From: the human T2T-CHM13v2.0 reference genome, Homo sapiens
Assembly (NCBI GenBank): GCA_009914755.4
Contig: CP086569.2
Coordinates: forward strand, 8,320,001 to 8,384,000
Direction: 5' to 3'
DNA: 64,000 bases
Part shown: positions 24,441-36,079 of the stretch, in pieces
How positions within the stretch are numbered: position 1 is the first letter of the stretch
How the letters are laid out: every line of letters starts with the position of its first letter
Made by a program: the position numbers and the translations under genes
Notes under the pieces: model-generated
What the model saw: only the letters and a program-made list of their open reading frames with translations
What the model was told of the DNA's origin: nothing
Databases searched by the model: none

Positions 24441-26188
24441 TGAGTAATCCTGTAGACCCTTTGGAATCCTTAGGGATTTTGTAGTTTATTTCTGGGGCTG
24501 TGCCTGATGTTTCTTCAGGTTGGTTCACATCTGCCTTCTCCTAGGATCAATAGGCTAACCCAGGGATTCCACAGAAAAGGCAGGTGAGAGTCCACAGCTG
24601 ACACATCTCAATGGAGGTCTCCTCCTTCACCAAGCCAAAGGGACTTGTCACTAGGCAACGGTGACCTTCACTGTGAGACTAGCCAGAGCTCACAATCAGG
24701 CCTGGTGCCCTGATACTAGCTCACACTCATTTGTGAGACAAGCTTGAAAACCTGGCTGTCAGACCTGTCAGCCTGCCTTAACAGAGGAAAATGGTACAGG
24801 CAGAACCAGCATGGTGTTTGGTAAAAGGCTACCTGCACAAACACACTGTGAGAGCATAAAAGTCTCAAACTCAGGTCCCCTTCAAGCTGTCTCTGTGGAC
24901 GGGTCCCACTGGAGGAGGAAGAGTTTTGAGACTGAGAGGTGGTCGCTGGAATCTGCTCTTCTGACTCCATTCCCAAAAGAGGCTATGTGGTAGAATCGGA
25001 TCCCATAAAGATTGTAATATAGTCTGGTGTGTTGAGGGTTCTTTGGGTGATAGAATCATACCTGAGATGACAGAGGTGATTGTCAGCAAATGACGCCTGG
25101 TCTCTTAACGTCACTGCCTCCCTTCATCGTGGGCTTTGCAGGGGATCTGTGGGAAAGGCAAGAGCCACAACAAAGGCAAGTCCAAAGTGGAACAGTGTTC
25201 TCATACCTCAGACTGACAACTTGAGTTTGGAGATGAGGTTCAGATATTGTCTCAGAGGCCATCTGTAGCCATAGCAAGCCTGAAAAGAGTGTCCGGTAGT
25301 GCTGTTGAGGGGTACTGTGGATTCTCCATGAGAACAGAGATAAATCAAGACTTGTCTGAGCGAATGAGCTGCCTTGTCATGGAGTCCAAGTAATGTTCAG
25401 TGATTCCTGTCAGAGGACCGCAAAGCCTCCTGAAAAGTGCAAACAACCTCAGTCCCCACAACAAGAAAACAACCCACAAACAGGAGTGCAGTTAGCATTC
25501 CCAAAGTCACTTTTATTTTCTGAAATAACTGGCAGCTAAATAATCTGTGCTGAGAGGCCATCCTATCCATCAGCAGTCAAATGAAAGAGCCCCTCCACAA
25601 TGAGAAGTACATACAAATGAAATAAAACAAAGACTTGATTACCAGGCAAAAGCTAGACAAGGCTGCCTACTTCTCATCCTAAAGGAATCATGTAGCCCTC
25701 TGATGGAAATGGGAGAACAAGAGTTTCCTTGTTGCCAGCAGTAATGGGAATTTATGGTTTTAAAAGTATCAAAGCTGCACAGTCATTAAAACCTGATAGT
25801 GTTTAGAAAAAAACACTCATGCAATTGATTCCCATGAGGGTCATTCTTTGTGACCCAGGAAACGTTTAGTGTGGAAGTCGTTGAGCCAGATCCAGGAAAC
25901 CCTAGCCCAATGAGGAATATGGAAGTCAGAAAAACAAGAGGCAAGTGTGGGTACCATATACCACCCAGCATCTATCCGTTGCACTCCCATTTGTCTTTGG
26001 GTATCAAAGCCCTGAAATTGGGAGTTTGCCAGCATGTCCCCAATTTGCACACTAACTGTTCCTTGCACACTGGAGTACTGCCACCTGAACACAGGCCCAT
26101 GGTATGGACTGCTTGCGTAATTAAGAGAAGGCAGGGATGGATTTGGAAACAACTTCTGTGTCATCTTTTTTTATTTTTATTTTTGCAG

Positions 26189-29021
26189 GTGAAATTGTGA
26201 GACCCAATCCACTCTTCACCAGATTGTATCCTCACCCCTAACTGACCTTATTGCAGCTCACATTCTATGTCCCAAGACCAAATCCCAAGATGATGGAGGA
26301 GTGCACCCTCACGACCTGAAGTACCTGCTCTTCAGGGAGCTGAATTTGAGGTAAATTGTAGCGGCCCTGCAGACAAGACTGCTAGTTTCTATCCCTGGGT
26401 TCACTGCAAGACAATAAAACACTGGGAGATGTCTGTTTTTTTTTGGTGTGGTGTTCTTCCCTTCTTTCTTGAAGAGTGGCTTTTTTTTTTTTTGCAGGGC
26501 CAGGTGATTTAGATGTTGTCTGGTCCCAGCTAGCCTCCCAATTCACTGCAGATTCATGAACCACAGAAAAATAAAGAATGTGGATTCCCATAGCACAAGA
26601 AAAGCTACACAGACAGTCCACAAAAAGGTTGGGAGACTTAAAAAAAATTGCTAAACTGCATTAGCCACATTCTTTTAAGCAGACTCCACTTACTGGCACA
26701 AACACATGTACACACACACAAATACAATGCCACACACACACAGCCATTCAACACTTACAACTCTCTCACAGAAACACACAGCCTGGCTGCTCCTGAGGCT
26801 GCATGGTTCTACAGGAAGCCTCACCTGGGATAGAGCAACCCCAGGGATCACTGGTGGGCTGTACCTAGAAATCACAATAGGCAAGCTTCAAAAAGATTTA
26901 CCCCTACAATTTCCAGGCTGGCTTCAGAAATAATGCAGATAATTTGAGATTCTTAGGTATAATAAGGTTTATTCCTGGGACTGTAATTGAGGTTTTTTCA
27001 TGCTGGCTCATGCCTTCCCTATTCTAGGATCATGGTACTAGTTCATAAATCCCACATTCCTGAGATTTGTGCATGGTCATTCATGAGGGAAAATCGGGCA
27101 TGCAGCTGTCAGAGCTGTAAGCCTGCTTAAGCAGAGAATACTGGTACAGGAAGAGCCAGCCTGCTATTGGGAAAAAGGCTGCCTGTGATAACCTTGGAGG
27201 TTACAGGCAGGCTGTATCTAGAAATCACAGTGGGGCAAGTTCCAAAAAGACTCACCTTTACAATGTGTAGGAAGATTTTAGGAATCCTGCAGAATCTTTT
27301 GAATTTTTAGGGATTTCATGGTTTATTTGTGCAGCTGTGCTTGAGATTTCTTCCTGCTGGTTAATGTCTGCCCTCTACTAGGATCATGGGACTATCCCAT
27401 GGATCCCACAGAGAAGACAGCTGACAGTCCACCACTGAAGCACCTCCACAAGGTCTCCTTCTCCGCCAAGGGACTTGTTGCTAGGCAATGGTGACATTCA
27501 TTGTGATGCAAGCCAGAACTCATAATCAGGTCTGGTGCCCTGAGACTACTGCCTGTGTATTTGAGAGGCAGGCTCCAGTGCCCAACTGTCAGAGCTGTCA
27601 ACCTGCCTAAACAGAGAACAATGGTACAGGTGAAGCCAGCCTCATATTGGGAAAAATCTGCCTGTGAAAACCCACTGCAGGACCCTAAAAGTCTAGACCT
27701 CAGATCTCCTTAATGCCTTCTCCGTTGTGGAATACCACTGGAGAACTAGTTGTTTTGAGACTGTCAGGTTGTCGCTGGAATCTGCTCTTCTGATTCTGTT
27801 TCTGAAAGAGGCTGTGTGCAGGAATTATGCCCCATGGGAATGGCAACATAGTCTTATGTGTTGTTGAGGGTTCTTTAAGTGATAGAAACATACCTTAGAT
27901 TCCAGAGGTGGGTGTAAGTGAACGATTGCCTAGCTGTTGACCTCACTGCCACCCTTCATCCTGGGCCTTGCAGGGGCTTTCTGGGAAAAACAGGAGGAAC
28001 CAGGAAAAAGGCAAGCTCAAAATGAAGCAGTGTTCTCACACTTTGGACTGGCTTCTGTCTGGTGTGGATATGGTTGAGACAGTGTCTCAGAGGCCATCTG
28101 TGGTGATGGTAAGCCTGAAAAAACTGTCCAGTAGTGCTGTCGAGGGGTACTGTGGATTCCTCTTGAAAGCAAAGAAAAATCAAGGCTAGCCTGAGAGAAC
28201 AAGCTGATTTGTGCTTGAGTTTTTGCAATATTCAATGATTCCTGTTAGAGGACCCAAAACCCTACTGCAAAGTGCAAACAACCTCAGTCCCTAAAACGAG
28301 ACAACCCACAACATGGAGCACAGTCAGCCTACCTGAAGTAACTTTTGCTTTCTGAAATCCCTGGCAGCTTAATAATTTGTGGTGACAGGCTGTACTATCC
28401 AGCAATAGCACAATGAAAGAGCTCTTTTACAATGTGAAGACCATGCAGATAAAATGAAACATAGGGTAGATTACCAGGCAAAAGCCAGACACAGCTTTCT
28501 GATTCTCATTCTACAGGAATCATGCAGGTTTTTGATAGAAGTGGGAGAACAAGATTTTTTCTATTGGCAGTTGTAATGGGAATTTACAGTTTTAAAAATA
28601 TGAAACTGCCCAGTCATTAAGACCTGACACTGTTTAGAAGGAAACACTAACTCAATGGATTCCCATCAGGTTCGTTCTTTGTGAACTAGGAAATGTTTAG
28701 TGTGGAAGTCATTGAGCCAGACTCAGGAAACCCTAGGCCAATGTGGAACATGGGATTTAGGAAAAAAAAGAGGCAAGTGTGGATGGAGGTCAGAGCCCAC
28801 CCAGCATCAATCAATTCCACTCCCATTTGGATCAAGGAATGAAAACCCTCAAATTGATAGTGGGCTAGGATGTCCTCAATTTGAAATCCAAATGTGTTTT
28901 GCACATTAGAGTACTACCACCTGAACCCACAGTCATAGTGTGGACTGCTTGTGCAATTCAGGGAATGAAGGAATGGAGTTGGAAGCACTTTCTGTGTAAT
29001 CTGTGTTTATTTTTTCTGCAG
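26189..29021 (+). repeat. Unit B7 (2833 bp; contains a ~0.45 kb internal tandem duplication)
   Basis: The segment ~26845-27194 (...ctagaaatcacaataggcaagcttcaaaaag...gctgcctgtgataacc) is repeated at 27195-27672 (...ctagaaatcacagtggggcaagttccaaaaag...gcctgtgaaaaccc). The first copy additionally lacks ~140 bp that the second copy has. Confidence 0.7.
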
Positions 29022-30395
29022 GTGGAGTTGTGGGAACTCATCCATTCCTCATCAGATTGTATGCTAACCCCTATCTGACATTATTGCTGCTCACACTTTA
29101 TATGCCAGAATAAAATTCCAAGACAGTGGAGAAATGCCACCTCATGATGCGAAGCACCTGCTTGGCTGGGAACCGATTTCGAGTTAAATTCAAGGGAACC
29201 TGTGGACAGGACTGCCGGTATCTCTCTCTGGGCTGGACTCAGGACAAAGAAAAACAGGGAGATGTCCATTTTTTGATGTGGTGTTCTCCTCTTCTTTATA
29301 GAAGAGTAAATTTTTTTCTTTTTTTCTTTTTTTTTTTTTTTTTTTTTTGCAGTAGGAGTTGATATGGACTCCAACGAGTCTCTGCAAGCCTTCCAATTCA
29401 CTGCGTATTCATAATCCACAGAAAAATAAAAAAAACAGAGCCCCACAGCCCAAGCAGAGCCACACAGATAGGTTACAAAAAAATTGGTAGACACATGAAA
29501 AAGAAGTGTTGAAGTGCGTTAGCCACATTTCTTTAAGCCAGCTCCACTTACAGGCATGCACACACACACAAACACATAATGCCACACACACACACACATA
29601 CAGACATTTAACACTTACAACACTCCCCCAGAAACACACAGCCAGATAGCTCTTGAGTCTGTGTGGTTTTGCAGAAAGCCCCACCTGTGAGAGAGTAAAC
29701 TCGGGGAACACAGTGGGGATGTACCTAGAAATCACAGAGGGGCAACTTTCAAAAAGACTCACCCATCAGGCAGGCCTGGGGAATCCTGAAGGTCCCTTTG
29801 TATCCTTAGGGATTTCATACCCCTCCACAAAAAGAAGGCTGTGCAGTTGAAATGAAACAGTGGCTAGATTACCAGTAAGAAGCCAGACATGACGGCCTTC
29901 TTCTCATGCTACAGGAATCATGCAGCCTTCCAATAGAATTGGGAGAACAGGAGTTTCCTTGTTGGAGGCTGTAATGAAAATTTATGGTTTTAAAAGTATC
30001 AAAGCTGTCCAGCCATTAAAACGTGATAGTGTTTAGAAGGAAACACTCAAGCAATGAATTCCCATGAGTGCCATTCTCCGTGTACTGGGAAACTTTTCAT
30101 GTGAAAGTAATTGAGCCAGAATCAGAAAACCCTGGGCTGACATGGAACATGGAAATCACAAAAGGAAGAGGCAAGTCAAGAACCCACATCCCAACAAGCA
30201 TTAATCCATTCTACTCCCCACTGAAATTGGCAGTTTGCAAAGATAGCCCCAATTTGCACTCCAAATATTTCTCACACTTTAGAGTACTCCCTCCTGAACA
30301 ATGGGCAATGGTGTGGAATGCTTGTGCAATTAAGGGAATGTGGGGATGGAGTTGGAAGCACCTTCTATATCAACTGTCTTCATTTTTTTTTCTAG
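29022..30395 (+). repeat. Unit B8, shortened to 1.37 kb by a ~1.1 kb internal deletion at ~29819/29820
   Basis: ...ccttagggatttcata|cccctccacaaaaagaaggctgtgcagttgaaatgaaacag joins unit position ~+0.65 kb to ~+1.75 kb. The donor-like GT is mutated (cgagttaaattc). Confidence 0.65.
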
Positions 30396-31422
30396 TAAAG
30401 TTGTGGGACCCCATCCACCCTTCATCAGTTTGTATCTTCACCACTATCTGACCTTATTGCTGCTGACACTCCTTGTCACAGGATGAAATCCCAAGATGAT
30501 GCAGGTGTTCCTCCTAGAGATGTTAAGTGCCTGCTTGGGTGGAAACCGAATTGGAGTTAAATTCAAGAAGCCCTGCAGACAGGACTACTAGTGTCTCTTT
30601 CTGGTTTGGCCACAGGACAATGAAACCCTGGAAGACATCTGTTAATTGGTGTGCTCCTCTTCTTTTTAGAAGAGTGGCTTTTTTGCAGTGGGAGGTGATT
30701 TGGATGCCGGACATTCTTGGCCCACCTCCCACTTCACTGCAGATTCAACATGCACATAAAAATAAGGAACACAAAGCCACACAGCCAAAGCAGAGCCACA
30801 CAGACAGGGCAATAAAAGGTTTGAGACTCAAAAAAAAAAAAAAAAATGTGCTGAAGTGAGTAAGCTGTATTCCTTTAAGCATAAGCATACTTCACTTAGA
30901 GGCACACACACACACACACACAAACAAACACATAATGACATACACACATGCAGACATGCAACAATCTCAACACTGCCACAGGAACCCAAATCCTGACATC
31001 TCCTGAGGCTTTGTGGTTCTGTGGTAGACCCACTTGGGAGAGACCAAACCTGGAGAACAAGGGTTTGTGGTAACTAGAAAGCAGAGTGGGGAATGTTTCA
31101 AGAATACTCACATCTACAATGCCTAGGCAGACCTGAGAAACCCCGCAGATTTTTTTGTATCCTTAGGGATTTTGTGGTTCAATCCTGGGATTCTGCTTGA
31201 TGTATCTTCAGGCTGGCTCATGACTGCTCTCTCTTGGGATCATGGGACTATCCCATGGATCCCACAAAGTGAGAATCCACAGCCAATGCACCTCCTTGGA
31301 GGTCTCCTTCTCCAGCAATCTGCAGAGACTTGGCGTTAGGGAACAATGACATTAATTGTGACACTACCCAGAGCTCATAATCAGGCCTGGTGTCCTGTGA
31401 TCTGTCTTCATTTTTTTTGCAG
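30396..31422 (+). repeat. Unit B9, shortened to 1.03 kb by a ~1.45 kb internal deletion at ~31397
   Basis: ...aatcaggcctggtgtcctg|tgatctgtcttcattttttttgcag joins unit position ~+1.0 kb to the last ~25 bp before the next unit boundary. Confidence 0.65.
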
Positions 31423-33764
31423 ATGAAGTTGTAAGACTACATACACCCCTCACTAGATTTTATTCTCACCCCTAACTAACTTTGTTGCTGATCACATTCT
31501 ATGTACCAGGATGAAATCCCAAAATGATGGAGTGCCCCCTCATAATGTGAAGCATCAGCTTAGCTAGGAACAAATTTGACATAAATTCAAGAAGCCCTGT
31601 GGACAGGACTGCTAATGTCTCTCCCTGTTTTGGCTGAAGGACAGTGAAACACTGGAAGATGTCTGTTTTTTTTGCTGTGGTGTGCTCCTCTTCTTTCTAG
31701 AAGAGTGGCTTTTTTTTTTTTTTTTTTTTTGCAGAGGCAGGTGATTTAAACACAGGTAGGTCTCAGCCCGCCTCCCAATTCACTGCACATTCATGATCTA
31801 CAGAAAAAGAGAGAACACGGAGCCCCACAGACCCTAGCAGAGCCACACAGACAGGCCACCTAAAAGTTGGTGACTCAAGAAAAAAAAATTAGAGATGAAG
31901 TGTATTAGCCACATTTATTTAAGCAGACGCCACTTACAGGCACACACACACAATGCCGCACACACACACAATTACACACACACACGCAGAAATCCAACAC
32001 TTGCACCACTCCCACAGAAACATAGCCCGGCAATACCTGGGGCTACATGTTTCTGTAGGAAACCCCAACCTGGGAGAGAGCCACCCTAGGGAACACAGGC
32101 GGGCTGTACGTAGAAATCAGAGTGGGTCAAATTTCAAAAAGACTCACCCTTACAATGCCTAGACAGGCCTGAGAAATTCTGCAAGCTTTTTAGTATACTT
32201 AACCATTTCTCGATTTATTCCTGGGGGTGTGCTTGACATTTCTGCACGCTGACTTATGTCTGCCCTCTTGGGATTATGGGACTACCCCAACTTTCCCACA
32301 GAGAAGACAGGCAGGAGTCTACTGCCGAAGCACCTCAGCGGAGGTATCCTTCTTTTCCAAAACGCAGGGACTTGGCTCTGGGCAACAAGGACATTAATTG
32401 TGACGCTATGCAGAGCTCACAATCAAGCTTAGTGCCCTGGGACAATCGCATGCGCATTTGTGAGGCAGGATCTGATGTCGTTGGGTCTCCCTGGAGGAAG
32501 AAGATTTTCAAGATTTTGAGGTTGTCCCTGGAAACTGTTTTCCTGACTTGATTCTCAAAAGAGTGCGTGTGTGATAATCGGGTACCATGGGGGTTGGAAT
32601 ATAGCACAGTGTGTTGTTTAGGGTTCTTTGGGTGACAGAATCATACTTGAGACCCCAGAGGCAGATGTCAGCAAAAGATTCCCAGGCTCACTGCCTCCTT
32701 TTATCCTGGGACTTTAAGAGGCTCTCTGGGAAATGAGGGAACCACAACAAAGGCAAGTCCAAAGTGGAGCAGTGTTCACATATCTCTTATTGTCCACTAA
32801 TGGGTACAGATGAGGTTTGTCTCAGATGCCATCTGCAGTGATGGAGTGATGGCAAGCCTGAAAGGGGTGTCCAGTAGTGCAGTTGAGGAGCACTTTGGAT
32901 TCCCCATGAAGGCAAAAAAAATAATCAAGGCTCACATGAGAGTATGAGCAGCCTTGTGCTAGAGTCCAAGCAATGTTCAGTGATTTCTGTCAGAAGACCC
33001 AAAAGCCTCCTACAAAGTGCCAACGTTCTCAGCCCCAACAAAGAGAGAAAGACCCACAATCTAGAGTGCAGCCAGGAAGTCCATTTTGCTCTCTGAAATT
33101 ACTAGCAGCTACATAATCTGTGGCAAGAGGAAGTCCCATCCAGCCACAGTTCAATGAAAGAGCCTTTCAAAAATGAGAAGGCTGTGCAGATAAAATGAAA
33201 TAGAGTCTAGATTACCGGGTAAAACCCTAACACAGCTGCCTGCTTCTCATCCTACAGGAATCATGCACCCCTCTGATAAATGTGAGAGAACAACTTTTTT
33301 GTTGTTGTTGTTGTTTTACTGTAACAGGAATATAAAGTTTTAAAAGTATTAAAGGTCCCTGTCATTAAAATGTGACAGTGTTTAGAAGGAACAACTCATG
33401 CAATGGATTTCTATCAGGGTCATTCTCTGTGAACTGGAACATATTTAGAGTAGAATTCATTGGGCCAGACCCAAGAAACCCTAAGGTGAGGACATTAATG
33501 TAAGTCATGAAAAGAAGCAGCATTTATGGAAGCCACATCACACCCAGCATCAGTTGATTCCACTCATATTTGCCTCCCAGTATGAAAGGCCTCAAATCAC
33601 CAGTTTCCCAGGTTGGCCCCAATTTGCATTCCAAATGTTACTTGTGCATTGGAGTACTCCCACCTGAACACTGAGCCATGGTGTGGACTGCTTATGCAAT
33701 TAAAGGAGTGGGGAATGGATTTGGAAGCACTTCCTTGTCATCTGTCTTTATTTTTTTTTTGTAG
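31423..33764 (+). repeat. Unit B10 (2342 bp)
   Basis: Landmark ttttttttgcag|atgaagttgtaagactac at 31419. T(n) at ~31716-31741, (CA)n at ~31945-31990, (TTG)n at 33297-33318. Confidence 0.75.
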
Positions 33765-36079
33765 GTGAAGTTGCAGCACCCCATCCATCCCTCAAGAGAT
33801 TGTATCATCACCCCTATCTGACCTTATTTCTGCTCACACTTTATGTCCCAAGATGAAATCCCAAAACGATGGAGGAGTGCCCCTTCAGGACATGAAGCAC
33901 CTGCTCAGCTGGGAACTGAATCTGAGGTAAATTCAAGGGACCCTGCTGACAGGACTCCTTTGTTGGCCTTTCCCTGTGTTGGCCATAGGACTATGAGACA
34001 CCGGAAGATGTCTGTCTTTTGCTGTGGTGTGCTCCACTTCTCTCTAAAACAGTGACTTCTTTTAGCAGAGAGAGTTGATATGGATGCCAGTAGTCCCAGC
34101 CTGTCTCCCAATTCACTGAGTATTCATGATCCATATAAAAATAAAGTACATGGAGGCCTGCAGCCCAAGCAGAGCCACATCAACAGGCCACTGAAAAGTG
34201 GGGAGATTCAAAAAAAAAGTGCTGAAGTGTGATAGCCACATTTCTTTAAGCAGACTACACTTACAGGTGCATGCTCACAGACACACACACACAAAGACAC
34301 AAACACAAAATACCTCACACATATGCACACACCTGGCATTCTCAATACTCCCATAGAAACCAACAGCCCAGGAGCTCTGGATGCTGCATGGTCCTACAGG
34401 AAGCCCCACCTGGAGAGAGCAACCCTGAGTACACAGGGCAGGCTGTACCTAGAAATTACAGTAGGGAAAGTTTCAAAAAGAATCACCCCCTGCACTGTCT
34501 AGGCAGGCCTGAGGAATCCTGAGGATCTTCTTGGATCCTTGGGAATTTTGCAGTTTATTCCTGGGACTCTGCTTGATGTTTCTTCAGGCTGGCTTATGTC
34601 TGCCCGCTTGTAGGACAATGGGACAATCCTGTGGATCCCACAGAGAAGACAGGAGAGAGTCCATCACTGATGCAAGTCCAGAAAGGTCTCTATTTCTGCC
34701 AAGACTCAGGGACTTGTTGCTAGGCAATGCTGATATTCATTGTGATGCCAGCCAGAGCTCACAATCAGGCCAGGTGCCCTGAGACTAGCACATGCACATG
34801 CGTGAGGTAGGCTGATGCCCCTGGCTATCAGAGCTGTCAGCCTGTCTAAGCAGAGAAAAATGGTACAGGCAGAACCTGCCTGGTATTGGGAAACAAGCTG
34901 CCTGTGACCACCTACTGTGGGACACTAATCATCTAGACATCAGGGCCCCTTCTGGCTGTCTCTGTTGTCGGGTCTCACTGGAGGAGGAGGTGTTTTGAGA
35001 CTGTGAGGTCATCACTAGAAACTGCTCTTCTGACTCTAGTCCCAAAAGAGGCTGTGTGCAAGAATCAGGTCCCATGTGAATGGGAATATAGTCTGGTGTC
35101 TTGTAGAGCCTTGCTGGGTGATAGAATCATATCTGAGACCCCAGAGGTAAGTGTCAGCAAAAGATGGCCAGCTCTTGACCAGAAGACTCCCTTGATCCTG
35201 GGCCTCACAGAGACTCTCTGAAAAAAGCAGGAACCATGACAAATGCAAGTCCAAGCTGGAACAGTGTTCTCAAACCCCGGAGTGGCTTCTCACATGTGCT
35301 GATGAAGTGGAGGCAGTGTCTCACAGTACTGCAAAGTGCAAATAACCTCAGCCTCCACAAGGAGACAATGAGCCACAATCTGGAACACATCCATCCTACC
35401 CAAAGTCCCTTTTGTTCTCTGAAATCGTGGGCAAATAAATAATATGTGGATACAGGCAGCCCCATCCAGCAACAGCTCAATTAAAAATTCCCTCCACATT
35501 AAGATGGCCATGCAGATGAAATGAGACAGAATCTAGATTAGCAGGCAAAGGACAGACATGGCTGCCTGCTTCTCATCCTACAGGAATCATGCAGCCCTTG
35601 GATAGAAATAGGATAAAAAGTTTCCTTGTTTGAGGCTATAACGGGAATTTAAGGATTTAAAAGTATCAAGGCAGCCCAGTCATTAAAATGTGACAGAGTT
35701 TAAAAGGAAACACTCAGGCAATGGATTCCCACAAAGGATGCTCCCTGTTAACTTGGTAACGTTTACTGTGGCAGTCATTGAACCAGAACCAGCAAACCCT
35801 AGGGCAAAGAGAATCATAGAAGTCTGGAAAAGCAGAGACAAGTCTGGAAGTCACATCCCTCCCAGCATCAATTGATTCCACTCACATTTGCCTCTGGGTA
35901 TGAAAGACCTTAAAATGGCAGTTTGCCAGGATGGCCCCAGTTTGAATTCCAAATATTCCGTGTTCGTTGGAGTACTCTCACCTGAACACTGAGCCACGGT
36001 GTGGACTGCTTGTGCAATTAGGTGGGGATGGATTTGGAAGCACCTTCAGTGTCATCTGTGTTTATTTTTATTTTGGCAG
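33765..36079 (+). repeat. Unit B11 (2315 bp)
   Basis: Landmark tttttttttgtag|gtgaagttgcagcacccc at 33761. Confidence 0.75.

Noticed and set aside
27221-27250. V(D)J recombination-signal-like motif in every unit: CACAGTG, an ~11-bp spacer, then AAAAAGACT (heptamer and nonamer-like)
   Set aside because: The nonamer is a poor match. No Ig/TCR V-exon-like ORFs (Cys...Trp...Cys) are adjacent. The 2.4 kb spacing is wrong for V segments. The AAAAAG part is better explained as the L1 endonuclease site used by the Alus.
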